Shown here one piece after another: positions 17,694 through 27,410 of a stretch of DNA of 64,000 nucleotides. Both the position numbers and the translations under genes were made by a program. Each line of letters begins with the position of its first letter. Within the stretch, counting starts at the first letter, position 1. Under the pieces are notes generated by a model. It was not told the DNA's origin. It made no database searches and worked only from the letters and a program-made list of their open reading frames with translations. Source of the stretch: Nitrospiraceae bacterium (GTDB taxonomy: Bacteria > Nitrospirota > Nitrospiria > Nitrospirales > UBA2166). The DNA is taken from the NCBI GenBank assembly GCA_002726235.1, contig PBSN01000008.1, positions 322,635 to 386,634 of the forward strand. Direction: 5' to 3'.

Positions 17694-18878
17694 ATGTGGT
17701 GTGTTATTGCCCACTACCATGAACTGGCTTTAAAGGGGCGCAATCGATCGTTTCTTGTCCGTAAACTGATCAATAACCTCAAGCTGGCTACCAGTGATCT
17801 TGACATCATAGGGATAGATTCTCTTCCAGGGAGAATCCGCCTTCGATTTACGGACGAGACCTCCGTTGAACCGTTATGGCAACGTCTGCAGCGACGACTG
17901 TCTGGGGTCTTTGGAGTTGCCAATTTTTCTCTGGCATTTTCATCTCCAATAAGTCCGAAGGGAGATCTTAGCCAACTCAAAGAGGCTCTGGGATATGCAA
18001 TTCGCTCGCAACAATTCCATTCATTTCGCGTCACCACTAAACGAGGAGATAAACGGTACCCAAAAACATCAATGGATGTTAGCCGAGAGATTGGGGGGCA
18101 CATCAAAGAACTTACTGGATGCCAAGTCGATCTCACCAACCCTGATCTCACGATCTATCTTGAGTTGTTGTTTGAATCAGCCTATGTGTCGTTTGCAAAA
18201 ATGGCAGGGGCTGGTGGGCTGCCTCTGGGCATGAGCGGGAAAACCGTATGTCTTCTTTCTGGTGGCATTGACTCCCCTGTGGCAGCCTATCGCATGATGA
18301 AGCGTGGCTGCCGTCAGATTTTTGTACACTTCCACAGCCATCCGTTTGTCAGTCGTGCGTCTCAAGAAAAAGCTGAGGAACTTGCCATGCTTCTCACTCA
18401 ATATCAATGGCGGTCCGTGCTCTACTGCGTTCCATTTGGAGAGATTCAGCGTCAGATCGTACTGTGTGTTCCGCCTCCCTTTCGTATCATTCTCTATCGG
18501 AGGTTTATGATTCGGATTGCGGAGCAGATTGCGCGGCGATATCGTGCTTGGGCCTTAGTGACAGGAGATAGCCTTGGACAGGTCGCGTCACAGGTCCCTG
18601 ACAACCTCACAGTTATTGAGGACGCGGCGCACCTGCCTCTCCTACGTCCACTCATCGCCATGGACAAAATCGAAATTACCGCTCAAGCCCAATCCATTGG
18701 GACCTATGAGACCTCGATTATCCCAGACCAGGATTGTTGTACACTGTTTATGCCGGCACATCCGGCTATCCGACCTAAGATTCAGACAATCCGAAAACTA
18801 GAAGAAAAATTAGATGCAGATATACTTGTGAGGCAAGGGTTGGGAGGCGTCTACAAACAAGAATTTCGGTTTCCTTGA
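17694..18878 (+). CDS. thiI: tRNA 4-thiouridine synthase ThiI (THUMP plus PP-loop, no rhodanese domain)
   Basis: PP-loop LLSGGIDSPVAAY and a THUMP-like N-terminal region. 394 aa. Confidence 0.85.
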   Translation: MWCVIAHYHELALKGRNRSFLVRKLINNLKLATSDLDIIGIDSLPGRIRLRFTDETSVEPLWQRLQRRLSGVFGVANFSLAFSSPISPKGDLSQLKEALGYAIRSQQFHSFRVTTKRGDKRYPKTSMDVSREIGGHIKELTGCQVDLTNPDLTIYLELLFESAYVSFAKMAGAGGLPLGMSGKTVCLLSGGIDSPVAAYRMMKRGCRQIFVHFHSHPFVSRASQEKAEELAMLLTQYQWRSVLYCVPFGEIQRQIVLCVPPPFRIILYRRFMIRIAEQIARRYRAWALVTGDSLGQVASQVPDNLTVIEDAAHLPLLRPLIAMDKIEITAQAQSIGTYETSIIPDQDCCTLFMPAHPAIRPKIQTIRKLEEKLDADILVRQGLGGVYKQEFRFP

Positions 18879-19155
18879 TCTGACAATTTCGATGGATGCT
18901 TTGACGATCAACGGTTGCGTGAGGCAGAAGAAGATTGCTGGGAATTCTATTGCATGCCGGATAAAGTTGTGCATGAAAAAGCGTACTGATAGGTGAAAGC
19001 AACCTCAGTGAAAAACTGTGTCGCGTTGAACAGTTGATTGCTAGTCTCACAATTGAAGGAGCCTTCTGCTTGCCGCAAGTGCGCTTGAACGTATCCGATA
19101 GTGATTGATCTATTTTTTGAGCAATTGTATGAACTTCTACATTCTATCCGGATAG

Positions 19156-20115
19156 ATGGTGCCAGACGTGAACCATGACCTTAGCACTCGTATTAAAGAC
19201 AAAGCGTATGAACTTGGATTTAATCAAGTTGGGATTAGTCGAGCCGATGCCGACGGCCGAGCGGAAGACAAGTTGAGTGTGTGGCTGAGCCGTGGGTTTC
19301 ACGGTGAAATGACTTGGATGGAGAGGACAGCCGACAAGCGAAGAAATATCAAGAATGTGTTTCCTGATATTCGGTCTGTTGTATCAGTGGCGGTGAACTA
19401 TTACACGGATCACGCTCCACAAGAAACTGGCGGGAAAGGACGGATCTCTCGTTACGCATGGGGAGATGATTACCATTACATCATCACTGACTGGGTGCGC
19501 CAGCTCGCGACTTGGATCGATGCTGAAGCAGAAAAAGAGGGGATACCGTGTGAATCTCGAACTTACGTTGACACTGGCCCGATTCTTGAAAAGGCATGGG
19601 CGCAACGTGCTGGAATTGGATGGGTCGGAAAACATTCGAATTTAGTTTCAGCAGAGTACGGGTCTTGGCTTCTACTGGGAGAAGTTCTGCTTACTGTTGA
19701 CTTGGAACCAGATATGCCTGCGCCTGACCAATGTGGAGCATGTCGATTATGCATTGAGATTTGTCCGACCGATGCCATTCCAGAACCCTACGTGCTTGAT
19801 GCAACAAAATGCATTGCATATTTAACCATTGAGCACCGCGGTCCCATCCCAGCTCCCTATCATTTCGACATGGGAAACCGCATTTTTGGTTGTGACGATT
19901 GTCTTGACATTTGTCCATACAATGAGCACGCAGTGCCAACATTTGAACGTGCATTTGAGCCACGCACCTATGCCCTCAGCCCAGACCTCAAAGAATTAGC
20001 CGAACAAACGCCGGCAGAATTTCAGATAACATTTAAAAAGAGCCCACTGAAACGAGCGAAATACGAAGGCCTTCAGCGCAATGTAGCGATTGCACGAAAA
20101 AATGATTCGCAATAG
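19156..20115 (+). CDS. queG: Epoxyqueuosine reductase
   Basis: DUF1730-type N-terminal domain, plus 4Fe-4S motifs CGACRLCIEICP and CDDCLDICP. Confidence 0.85.
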   Translation: MVPDVNHDLSTRIKDKAYELGFNQVGISRADADGRAEDKLSVWLSRGFHGEMTWMERTADKRRNIKNVFPDIRSVVSVAVNYYTDHAPQETGGKGRISRYAWGDDYHYIITDWVRQLATWIDAEAEKEGIPCESRTYVDTGPILEKAWAQRAGIGWVGKHSNLVSAEYGSWLLLGEVLLTVDLEPDMPAPDQCGACRLCIEICPTDAIPEPYVLDATKCIAYLTIEHRGPIPAPYHFDMGNRIFGCDDCLDICPYNEHAVPTFERAFEPRTYALSPDLKELAEQTPAEFQITFKKSPLKRAKYEGLQRNVAIARKNDSQ

Positions 20116-20271
20116 TGTCCTGCCGCTAACGGTTCTTTCAGCACCGGCACGATTTCCTGAAGGATGTTTAAACTTGCTCTTTAGAAAGGGCACAACAACC
20201 GTGGAGAGAATCGTACTTCGGGACGCTGAACCTTGGCACGAAGCGAGATAATGCTGATGGACGGTTTCACG

Positions 20272-20910
20272 ATGCTGAAAGTCACAGAGATTTATCATAG
20301 CATTCAGGGAGAGTCGACATATGTTGGCCTTCCCTGTGTTTTTGTTCGTCTCACGGGCTGTTCACTCCGATGCTCTTGGTGCGATACCACATATGCTTTT
20401 CACGGCGGTACCTATATGACCATTGATCGCATTTGTGAACGAGTCCACAGCTACGAGACTGCATTGGTTGAAATTACCGGGGGCGAGCCTCTCGACAAGC
20501 CAGAGGTTCTTCCACTTGTTGAGCGTTTGTGCAACGATGGGTATGAGGTACTTATTGAAACCAGCGGGGCGATTGATATTACTCCGATCGACGATCGGGC
20601 TCATGTCATTATGGATATGAAATGTCCTAAAAGCAGCATGACGAAATACATGTATTGGGAAAACATTAACGCGCTAAAAGCAAAGGATGAAGTGAAGTTT
20701 GTTATCGCAGATCGGGAGGACTATGATTGGGCTGTTTCGGTCATTGAGAAACATCGGCTTAGTGGCCGTTGTCCTATCCTATTCTCGCCCGTCTTCGGAA
20801 TTTTGGAGCCTTCTATTTTGAGCGATTGGGTTCTTCAATCCACATTGAAAGTGCGCATCCAACTGCAACTTCACAAATATATTTGGGATCCTCGAGCAGA
20901 AGGAGTGTAG
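20272..20910 (+). CDS. queE: 7-carboxy-7-deazaguanine synthase (radical SAM)
   Basis: MLKVTEIYHSIQGES...FVRLTGCSLRCSWCDT. The ATG at 20272 is preferred over the upstream TTG at 20233. Confidence 0.85.
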   Translation: MLKVTEIYHSIQGESTYVGLPCVFVRLTGCSLRCSWCDTTYAFHGGTYMTIDRICERVHSYETALVEITGGEPLDKPEVLPLVERLCNDGYEVLIETSGAIDITPIDDRAHVIMDMKCPKSSMTKYMYWENINALKAKDEVKFVIADREDYDWAVSVIEKHRLSGRCPILFSPVFGILEPSILSDWVLQSTLKVRIQLQLHKYIWDPRAEGV

Positions 20911-20960
20911 GAAGCAACGGGTTTATAGTCAGCAAAACAAAATTCAAGGAGGAGAACTCA

Positions 20961-22481
20961 GTGCCAACTAGCATTAAAGTCAAAAAGGGCCTTATCGAAA
21001 AAGAGCGTTCCGAGGCCATCATTATTCCGAAATATCAAGATGTTGGGAAACTTGACGGAGTTTTCGCACATCTAAATCGGGCGACAGGGGGACGCCTACG
21101 GGCACATCTCAACAGTGGAGAGTTTCAAGGAAAACTCAATCAGGTTTCTATTTTACATACGAATGGTGAATTGCCGGCAAAGCGAATTGTCCTCGTTGGT
21201 CTTGGAAAAAAACCGTTGGCGCGGCTAGACGCGATCCGTCAAGCAATGGGAACCGTCAGTAAAGTTATGCGCTCACTTGAGCTTACCTCGTTTACCCTTG
21301 TAGCCCCAGACAGAGGAATTGCGGGAATGCCTCTGGATACAACAATCCAGGCTATGATCGAAGGATGCCTCCTCGGACTTTACCAATTTCTGCACTATCA
21401 ACCGAGTCGTGCAAAAGAGACGAAACTTGTTCAGGTAATTACGCTTGTAACTCGAGATGAGAAGGCAGTGAGCATGGTGCGAGCTGGCGCTCAACGGGGT
21501 CACACCATCGCTGAAGCTACAAACTCCGTTCGGGATTTGTGTAACCATCCATCTAATGTTTTGACGCCGACAACTTTAGCGGCGGAAGCAAAAACAATCG
21601 CAAAAGCACGGAGTATTCAATGCACGATCTTGAATCGAGCGAAAGCCAGAAAACTCGGAATGGGTGCGTATCTCGGCGTAGCACAAGGTAGCCATGAACC
21701 TCCGCAATTTATTGTGCTCGAATACACTGGCGCAACCAAAGGGAAAAATCCCATCGTGCTTGTCGGGAAAGCGGTCACCTTTGATACTGGAGGCATCTCG
21801 CTCAAGCCATCAGAAAACATGGAGCGCATGAAGGCAGACATGACCGGAGGAGCCATTGTTCTTCAAGCAATTCGTGCGATTGCCACCCTGAAACTTCCAA
21901 TCAATGTCGTTGGAATTGTCCCCTCAACAGAAAATATGCCTGGAGGCCTGGCGACAAAACCAGGAGATATCCTGACAAGTCTCTCTGGCAAAACTATCGA
22001 AGTCTTAAATACTGATGCGGAAGGGCGCCTTATTTTAGCCGATGCTCTAGCCTATGCGATGCGCTATAAACCTGTGGCGGTTATCGACATTGCCACGCTT
22101 ACTGGGGCAGTGTTCATCTCGCTTGGATGCCATGCCATCGGCCTTTTGGGAAACAATGACACTCTCATTGATCGTGTCAAAAGAGTAGGGGACTCTATTG
22201 GTGAACGGGCGTGGCAACTTCCACTGTGGGATGAATATAAAGAGCAAATAAAAAGCGACGTCGCAGATGTTCGTAATATTGGTGGTCGAGGGGGTGGAAC
22301 AATTACAGCAGCGGCTTTTCTCAGTCATTTTGTCGACGATAAGTATCCATGGGTACATCTCGATATTGCAGGTACGGATTGGGGGGAATCTGCACGACCC
22401 TATATTCCCAAAGGCCCAACAGGAATTGGTGCACGGCTAGTCATTGAGCTCCTTCGAGACCTCTCATCAAAACCTTTATGA
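20961..22481 (+). CDS. pepA: Leucyl aminopeptidase (M17)
   Basis: NTDAEGRL and VGKAVTFDTGG motifs. GTG at 20961 lies 8 nt after AAGGAGG. The upstream 64 codons of the ORF overlap queE and are rejected. Confidence 0.88.
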   Translation: MPTSIKVKKGLIEKERSEAIIIPKYQDVGKLDGVFAHLNRATGGRLRAHLNSGEFQGKLNQVSILHTNGELPAKRIVLVGLGKKPLARLDAIRQAMGTVSKVMRSLELTSFTLVAPDRGIAGMPLDTTIQAMIEGCLLGLYQFLHYQPSRAKETKLVQVITLVTRDEKAVSMVRAGAQRGHTIAEATNSVRDLCNHPSNVLTPTTLAAEAKTIAKARSIQCTILNRAKARKLGMGAYLGVAQGSHEPPQFIVLEYTGATKGKNPIVLVGKAVTFDTGGISLKPSENMERMKADMTGGAIVLQAIRAIATLKLPINVVGIVPSTENMPGGLATKPGDILTSLSGKTIEVLNTDAEGRLILADALAYAMRYKPVAVIDIATLTGAVFISLGCHAIGLLGNNDTLIDRVKRVGDSIGERAWQLPLWDEYKEQIKSDVADVRNIGGRGGGTITAAAFLSHFVDDKYPWVHLDIAGTDWGESARPYIPKGPTGIGARLVIELLRDLSSKPL

Positions 22482-23578
22482 ATCTAAAAGAGAAAATTGG
22501 CCAGCTATTCATTCTAGGATTTCATGGAACCACTGTCTCAGCTGATCTCGCGCACATGCTTTCTTCCCACAAGCCGGGCGGTGTCATTCTATTTGCACGG
22601 AACCTCGCCGACCCCATTCAGGTTGCTACACTTGCTAACGAACTACAATCACACTCTCCTGCAACACCTCTTTGGATCTCCATTGACCATGAGGGAGGAA
22701 CAGTTTTTCGTTTCCAAAATGGTCTTACTCCATTGCCTGCTAGTGGTGAACTTGGACGACACAATTCAGAAGAACTTGTCACGTCTGTGGCATCGGTCGG
22801 CGCGTGCGAACTTAGTGCGATAGGAGTAAATGTCAATTACGCTCCTGTGCTTGATCTGAATACCAATCCTGATAATCCCGTTATCGGTGAGCGGAGCTTT
22901 GGGGCTGACCCAGAGAAGGTCTCTCGTTTAGGGTTGGCGATTATCATGGCATATCACGAACAAAGGATCATGGCATGTGGAAAACACTTTCCTGGCCACG
23001 GCGATACCGATGCGGATTCACATCATGAACTTCCAGTGGTTTCTCTGTCAGCAGAACGACTTCGAGAACGCGAATGTCGGCCATTCCATACCCTCATTAC
23101 AAAAGGCCTGCCCGCGATCATGACCGCCCATGTGCAATATCCACAGCTTGATAAGCACTATCCGGCGAGTTTGTCACGATTGATTCAGACAGGGCTTCTC
23201 CGCGAGCAACTTCGGTTTAACGGTCTCATTTTCAGCGATGATCTTGAGATGTCAGCGATCATTGACCACACTGATATTTGTGAGGCCGCCATCATCGCGA
23301 TCGAAGCTGGAACAGATCATCTCCTCATCTGCCATGACGATAAGCGACAGACCGCTGCCATGAATGCTGTCTACAAGGCAGTAACCGACGGACGTATTGC
23401 GATGTCACGCATTGACGCATCCTTCAACCGGATTATCCATTACAAAAAGCAATATGCTTTTCCACATGTCCCTACGGATCCCGCGACGGTAAAAAAGTTA
23501 GTGGGAATTGCCGCACACAGACATATAGTGGATAGGGTATACACCACGGCTTCTGCTTCCTCCTTATATTCTGCGTAA
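22478..23578 (+). CDS. nagZ: Beta-N-acetylhexosaminidase (GH3), NagZ-like
   Basis: GH3 N-domain with KHFPGHGDTDADSH. The ATG overlaps the pepA stop (ATGA). Confidence 0.85.
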   Translation: MNLKEKIGQLFILGFHGTTVSADLAHMLSSHKPGGVILFARNLADPIQVATLANELQSHSPATPLWISIDHEGGTVFRFQNGLTPLPASGELGRHNSEELVTSVASVGACELSAIGVNVNYAPVLDLNTNPDNPVIGERSFGADPEKVSRLGLAIIMAYHEQRIMACGKHFPGHGDTDADSHHELPVVSLSAERLRERECRPFHTLITKGLPAIMTAHVQYPQLDKHYPASLSRLIQTGLLREQLRFNGLIFSDDLEMSAIIDHTDICEAAIIAIEAGTDHLLICHDDKRQTAAMNAVYKAVTDGRIAMSRIDASFNRIIHYKKQYAFPHVPTDPATVKKLVGIAAHRHIVDRVYTTASASSLYSA

Positions 23579-23583
23579 CTGCA

Positions 23584-24888
23584 ATGCGAACAGCATCTGA
23601 TTTTCCATGCGAGAACGGGAGAGATCCAGTTACTCGTCGTGAGATTTTTGCATGGTGTTTCTTTGACTTTGCAAACTCCTCCTTTGCGATCCTGATCCTC
23701 ACTCTCGGCTACAGCGTCTACTTTGTACAGGTTGTCGCGAGTACATCAGAGCACAACCCGGAACAGTTATGGAGTTGGGGGTATGCATGTTCAATGTTTT
23801 TGGTCGCGCTGTGTGCTCCAATTTTGGGAGCAACCGCTGATGCAACGGCTACGAAAAAACGTTGGCTGGGGTGGTGTACGGCACTCTGCGTCAGCAGTAC
23901 GGCAAGCCTGTTTTTTGTGCTCCCAGGCGATATCTGGTTTGGTCTTATTGTCTTTGGTCTGGCCAACATTGGATTCGATCTCGGATTTATGCTTTACAGC
24001 GCATTTCTGGTAGAAATCTCGACCAGATCGAATATGGGGAGAGTCTCCGGCTACGGTTGGGGGTTGGGGTATCTGGGAGGGATTCTCGCGCTGGCGCTTG
24101 CCTATCCTCTGCTCAAGGGAGGACTGGGTCCAGAGAACCTTCTCAACTATCGACTTAGCTTTGTCCTGACCTCCTTGTTTTTTTTCATGACAAGTCTGCC
24201 GACATTTCTTTATTTGAAAGAGCGTGCAATCGCGTATTCTCCTGTCGCAGAAGAATCTCTCTGGACCATTGGCTTTCAGCGACTACGACGAACGTATGGT
24301 GAAATCAGACGATTCAAGGAGTTATTTAAGTACCTCCTTGCCTACTTGATCTACACTGATGGTATAAACACCGTTGTTCTATTTGCGGGTATTTTTGCGA
24401 GCAGGGTACTTGAATTCACACCAGCGGAATTGATTATCTATTTTCTCATCGTCCAGATTTCTGCTGGTCTTGGTGCATATGGCTTTGGACTCGTCGTCGA
24501 TCGCTTTGGACCACGGCGACCGATTATGGCTACTCTGCTAATCTGGGTTGGAATTGCCATTGGCGCCTATTTTGTTCAGACCGCCGCTCAATTTTATGTT
24601 TTGGGATTAATCGCAGGGGTTGCGTTGGGATCAAACCAATCTGCGAGTCGAACTCTTATTGGATACTTTACGCCTCGCGACAAGGTGGGGGAGTTCTTTG
24701 GATTTTTCTCCGTCAGCGGGAAATTTGCGGCAATGATAGGGCCGTTGATCTATGGCCAAATCACCGTCATCACAGGAAGCCAGCGCCCTGCGGCACTTTC
24801 CATGGCAGGGTTCTTTCTCATTGGATGGGCAATACTGTGGACTGTACGCGAGCAGGATGGAATCCAAGCCGCAAAAGCGTCGACATAA
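23584..24888 (+). CDS. MFS transporter, UMF1/Atg22-like family
   Basis: About 12 TM segments and the N-terminal signature FAWCFFDFANSSF, typical of the UMF1 family. Confidence 0.75.
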   Translation: MRTASDFPCENGRDPVTRREIFAWCFFDFANSSFAILILTLGYSVYFVQVVASTSEHNPEQLWSWGYACSMFLVALCAPILGATADATATKKRWLGWCTALCVSSTASLFFVLPGDIWFGLIVFGLANIGFDLGFMLYSAFLVEISTRSNMGRVSGYGWGLGYLGGILALALAYPLLKGGLGPENLLNYRLSFVLTSLFFFMTSLPTFLYLKERAIAYSPVAEESLWTIGFQRLRRTYGEIRRFKELFKYLLAYLIYTDGINTVVLFAGIFASRVLEFTPAELIIYFLIVQISAGLGAYGFGLVVDRFGPRRPIMATLLIWVGIAIGAYFVQTAAQFYVLGLIAGVALGSNQSASRTLIGYFTPRDKVGEFFGFFSVSGKFAAMIGPLIYGQITVITGSQRPAALSMAGFFLIGWAILWTVREQDGIQAAKAST

Positions 24889-25085
24889 ATCAGGCGCTTT
24901 ACCATGATCTAGATACTTCTCTTTTACTCGGTGAACCATAGCATTGCAAGCATGTTTTTTAACAACTCGTCTTATTTTGGAGAGCCTAGAAGGACACACA
25001 ACTATATTGTATGGTGGAGTAGTGAGGAGCCGAGCTGAAAGAAATACCTGTGATTTGTTGGGTAGCGAAAGAGCAAGGCTGAGTT

Positions 25086-25114
25086 TTGACACTGTCTGCA
25101 AGTTTGGGTATTTT
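25086..25114 (+). promoter_or_regulatory. Putative sigma70-type promoter upstream of greA
   Basis: TTGACA (25086-25091), 17-nt spacer, TATTTT (25109-25114), about 70 nt upstream of the greA ATG. Confidence 0.3.
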
Positions 25115-25184
25115 TGCGGTGAAAAACCAGTCTCACTATACTCGCTGTTTCGTTTACACTAATTAACCTTTGGAGTCCACTGAG

Positions 25185-25664
25185 ATGAAAGCACCCATTA
25201 CGAAAAAAGGCTACGAAATGTTGCAAAAAGAGCTAGAGCGGCTCATTAAGAAGGAACGACCAAGTGTGATCAAAGCCATTGCAGAAGCTCGCTCTCACGG
25301 AGATCTTTCCGAAAATGCTGAATATGAAGCTGCAAAGGACAAACAGAGTTTCGTCGAAGGCAAAATTCAGATGCTTCAAGCAAAGCTCGGAGAATTGGAA
25401 ATCATCGATCCCAGCAAAGGACCCAAGGACAAGATTGTGTTCGGAGCAACGGTCGATCTTCAAGACCTCGAGACCGCTGAAAAACGCTGTTATACTCTTG
25501 TCGGCCAAGAAGAAAGCGATCTCAAGGAAGGGAAAATTTCAGTTCAATCTCCAGTTGGTCGTGCCCTTATTGGACACCGTGTTGGCGAAGAAGTCGTGGT
25601 TACCACCCCAGCAAAAGTCGTGACCTATAAAATTCTCGGCATCAACTTCGGCACTCTAGAGTAG
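25185..25664 (+). CDS. greA: Transcription elongation factor GreA
   Basis: 159 aa, MKAPITKKGYEMLQKELERL..., with a coiled-coil N-domain and FKBP-like C-domain. Confidence 0.92.
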   Translation: MKAPITKKGYEMLQKELERLIKKERPSVIKAIAEARSHGDLSENAEYEAAKDKQSFVEGKIQMLQAKLGELEIIDPSKGPKDKIVFGATVDLQDLETAEKRCYTLVGQEESDLKEGKISVQSPVGRALIGHRVGEEVVVTTPAKVVTYKILGINFGTLE

Positions 25665-25891
25665 TTCAAAGAGTAGAAAGGTTTGGATGAATAAATTCGT
25701 AGTAGATGAACCGCCCGAAGGAGAAGGTGACGTTCGCTTATCCTTTTTGGGGGAAATACTGCAACATACAAATTTGCATTTGCCAAATCTCTATTAGATG
25801 CAGTTGATCCGGAGCAAACTGTTGTGACCATTGATCAGTTGGCGTTACCTTCATCACCTAACATGCTGTTACTGACAAAAAATCGATAAGT

Positions 25892-27319
25892 TCAACGCCG
25901 GAATCGCGTGATGGATTGGATAGCAGTTTTTACAATGTCAACCATCACTTTAAGTTCATTGTGAGTGGCTGTCAGCGGAGGCATCAGGATAAGAATATTC
26001 CCGTTCGGGCGGATAATCAGTCCATGCTCGCGGGTTTCCATGGCTATGCGATGTCCGATTCTGTCTTCGAGGCGATACGGTTGCTTAGTTTGTTTATTTT
26101 GAATCAACTCTATCCCTGCCATAAGACCAATCTGCCTGACCTGTCCAACATGTGCAAGAGATTTCAGTGTCCGTAGCGCTAATTCAAAAGTGCAAACTTT
26201 CTTTGGCAATATTTTAAGAAGTTTTGTTCGTCTGAAAAGCTTTAGATTGGCTAATGCAACCGCACATCCAAGCGGATTTCCTGTATAGCTGTGGCCATGG
26301 AAAAAGGTCTTGAAATCATCGTAGGACCCTAGGAATCCATCATATATTCGTTGGGTGGTTAATGTCGCTGCAAGTGGCATATATCCGCCAGTTAACCCCT
26401 TACTGATCGCCATCAAATCAGGAGTCACGTCCTCATGGTCACACGCGAACATCTTTCCTGTGCGTCCGAATCCGCTTGCAACTTCGTCCGCAATTAACAA
26501 AACATCGTAACGGGTACAGAGTTCACGTATCGCTTTTAAATATCCTGGCGGACTCGTAATCATTCCGCCGACACTTTGAATCATGGGTTCAATAACCAAT
26601 GCCGCAATGTCCTGATGGTTGTCTCTCAAGGTTGCTTCAATTGGGTGAAGACATGCGAGACGGCAGGACGGATAGCGAAACTGCATTGGACATCGATAAC
26701 AGTAGGGTGGATCAGCCCTAAAGGTCTTGAATAGGAGCGGTTTATATGTCTTATGAAAAAGCGAAATCCCGCTGAGGCTGACGGTTCCGAGCGAATCCCC
26801 ATGATATGCCATGTCGAAGGCGAGGAATTTCTTTTTTCGACGGAATTGTCGTCCCTGTTGTTGCCAGTATTGAAATGCCAACTTCATAGCAATTTCCATC
26901 GCAGTGGAGCCGTTATCCGAATAAAAGACCTTCTGAAGGCCTAGAGGGGCAATTTTGGTGAGTTGCTTTGCGAGTTCAATTGAAGGAACGTTGCTCAGTC
27001 CTAGGAGCGTGGAATGGGCAATCTTTTCGAGTTGTGTTCGTATGGCTTGGTCGAGTGCGCGGGTTCGGTGGCCATGGATATTGACCCAGATTGAAGAGAC
27101 ACCGTCGTAATAACGATTTCCTTCTATATCGACGAGGTATCTTCCATCGCCGTGTTCGATGATGATGGGAGGCTCCTGTACCCACTCCTCCATCTGAGTG
27201 AACGGGTGCCAGACGAATTTATGGTCGTCACGTTGAAGCCGATCCTGCCGTTTTTTGGCAGAATGGTGAACAGAGCGCCTACGATTTCGGATAGCTGAAG
27301 CGGCAAAATGGCGAACCAT
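25892..27319 (-). CDS. bioA: Adenosylmethionine-8-amino-7-oxononanoate aminotransferase
   Basis: Class III aminotransferase with the BioA-type N-terminus VWHPFTQM and the PLP Lys context MAISKGLTGGY. Has a ~23-aa basic N-terminal extension. The only canonical start is the ATG at 27319. Confidence 0.85.
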   Translation of the reverse strand: MVRHFAASAIRNRRRSVHHSAKKRQDRLQRDDHKFVWHPFTQMEEWVQEPPIIIEHGDGRYLVDIEGNRYYDGVSSIWVNIHGHRTRALDQAIRTQLEKIAHSTLLGLSNVPSIELAKQLTKIAPLGLQKVFYSDNGSTAMEIAMKLAFQYWQQQGRQFRRKKKFLAFDMAYHGDSLGTVSLSGISLFHKTYKPLLFKTFRADPPYCYRCPMQFRYPSCRLACLHPIEATLRDNHQDIAALVIEPMIQSVGGMITSPPGYLKAIRELCTRYDVLLIADEVASGFGRTGKMFACDHEDVTPDLMAISKGLTGGYMPLAATLTTQRIYDGFLGSYDDFKTFFHGHSYTGNPLGCAVALANLKLFRRTKLLKILPKKVCTFELALRTLKSLAHVGQVRQIGLMAGIELIQNKQTKQPYRLEDRIGHRIAMETREHGLIIRPNGNILILMPPLTATHNELKVMVDIVKTAIQSITRFRR

Positions 27320-27326
27320 GGGCAGG

Positions 27327-27356
27327 ATTATAAGGTTGGTCTCATGCTTTTGACAA
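27327..27356 (-). promoter_or_regulatory. Putative bioA promoter (TTGTCA-18-TATAAT); the -10 ends 7 nt before the ATG, so the mRNA is possibly leaderless
   Basis: Minus-strand hexamers at 27356-27351 and 27332-27327. No Shine-Dalgarno lies between the -10 and the ATG. Confidence 0.4.
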
Positions 27357-27379
27357 TGAAATCACTAGCCGCATATAAT
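27350..27379 (+). promoter_or_regulatory. Putative lepA promoter with consensus hexamers (TTGACA-18-TATAAT)
   Basis: TTGACA at 27350-27355 and TATAAT at 27374-27379. The -35 overlaps the -35 of the divergent bioA promoter. Confidence 0.5.
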
Positions 27380-27410
27380 CCCTCGTTTACACGCCATTAG
27401 GAGAATTCAG

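Noticed and set aside
20769-20960. N-terminal 64 codons of the pepA ORF as listed in the track, which overlap queE.
   Set aside because: The region overlaps the queE coding sequence in another frame and has no M17 homology. GTG 20961 has an ideal AAGGAGG 8 nt upstream.
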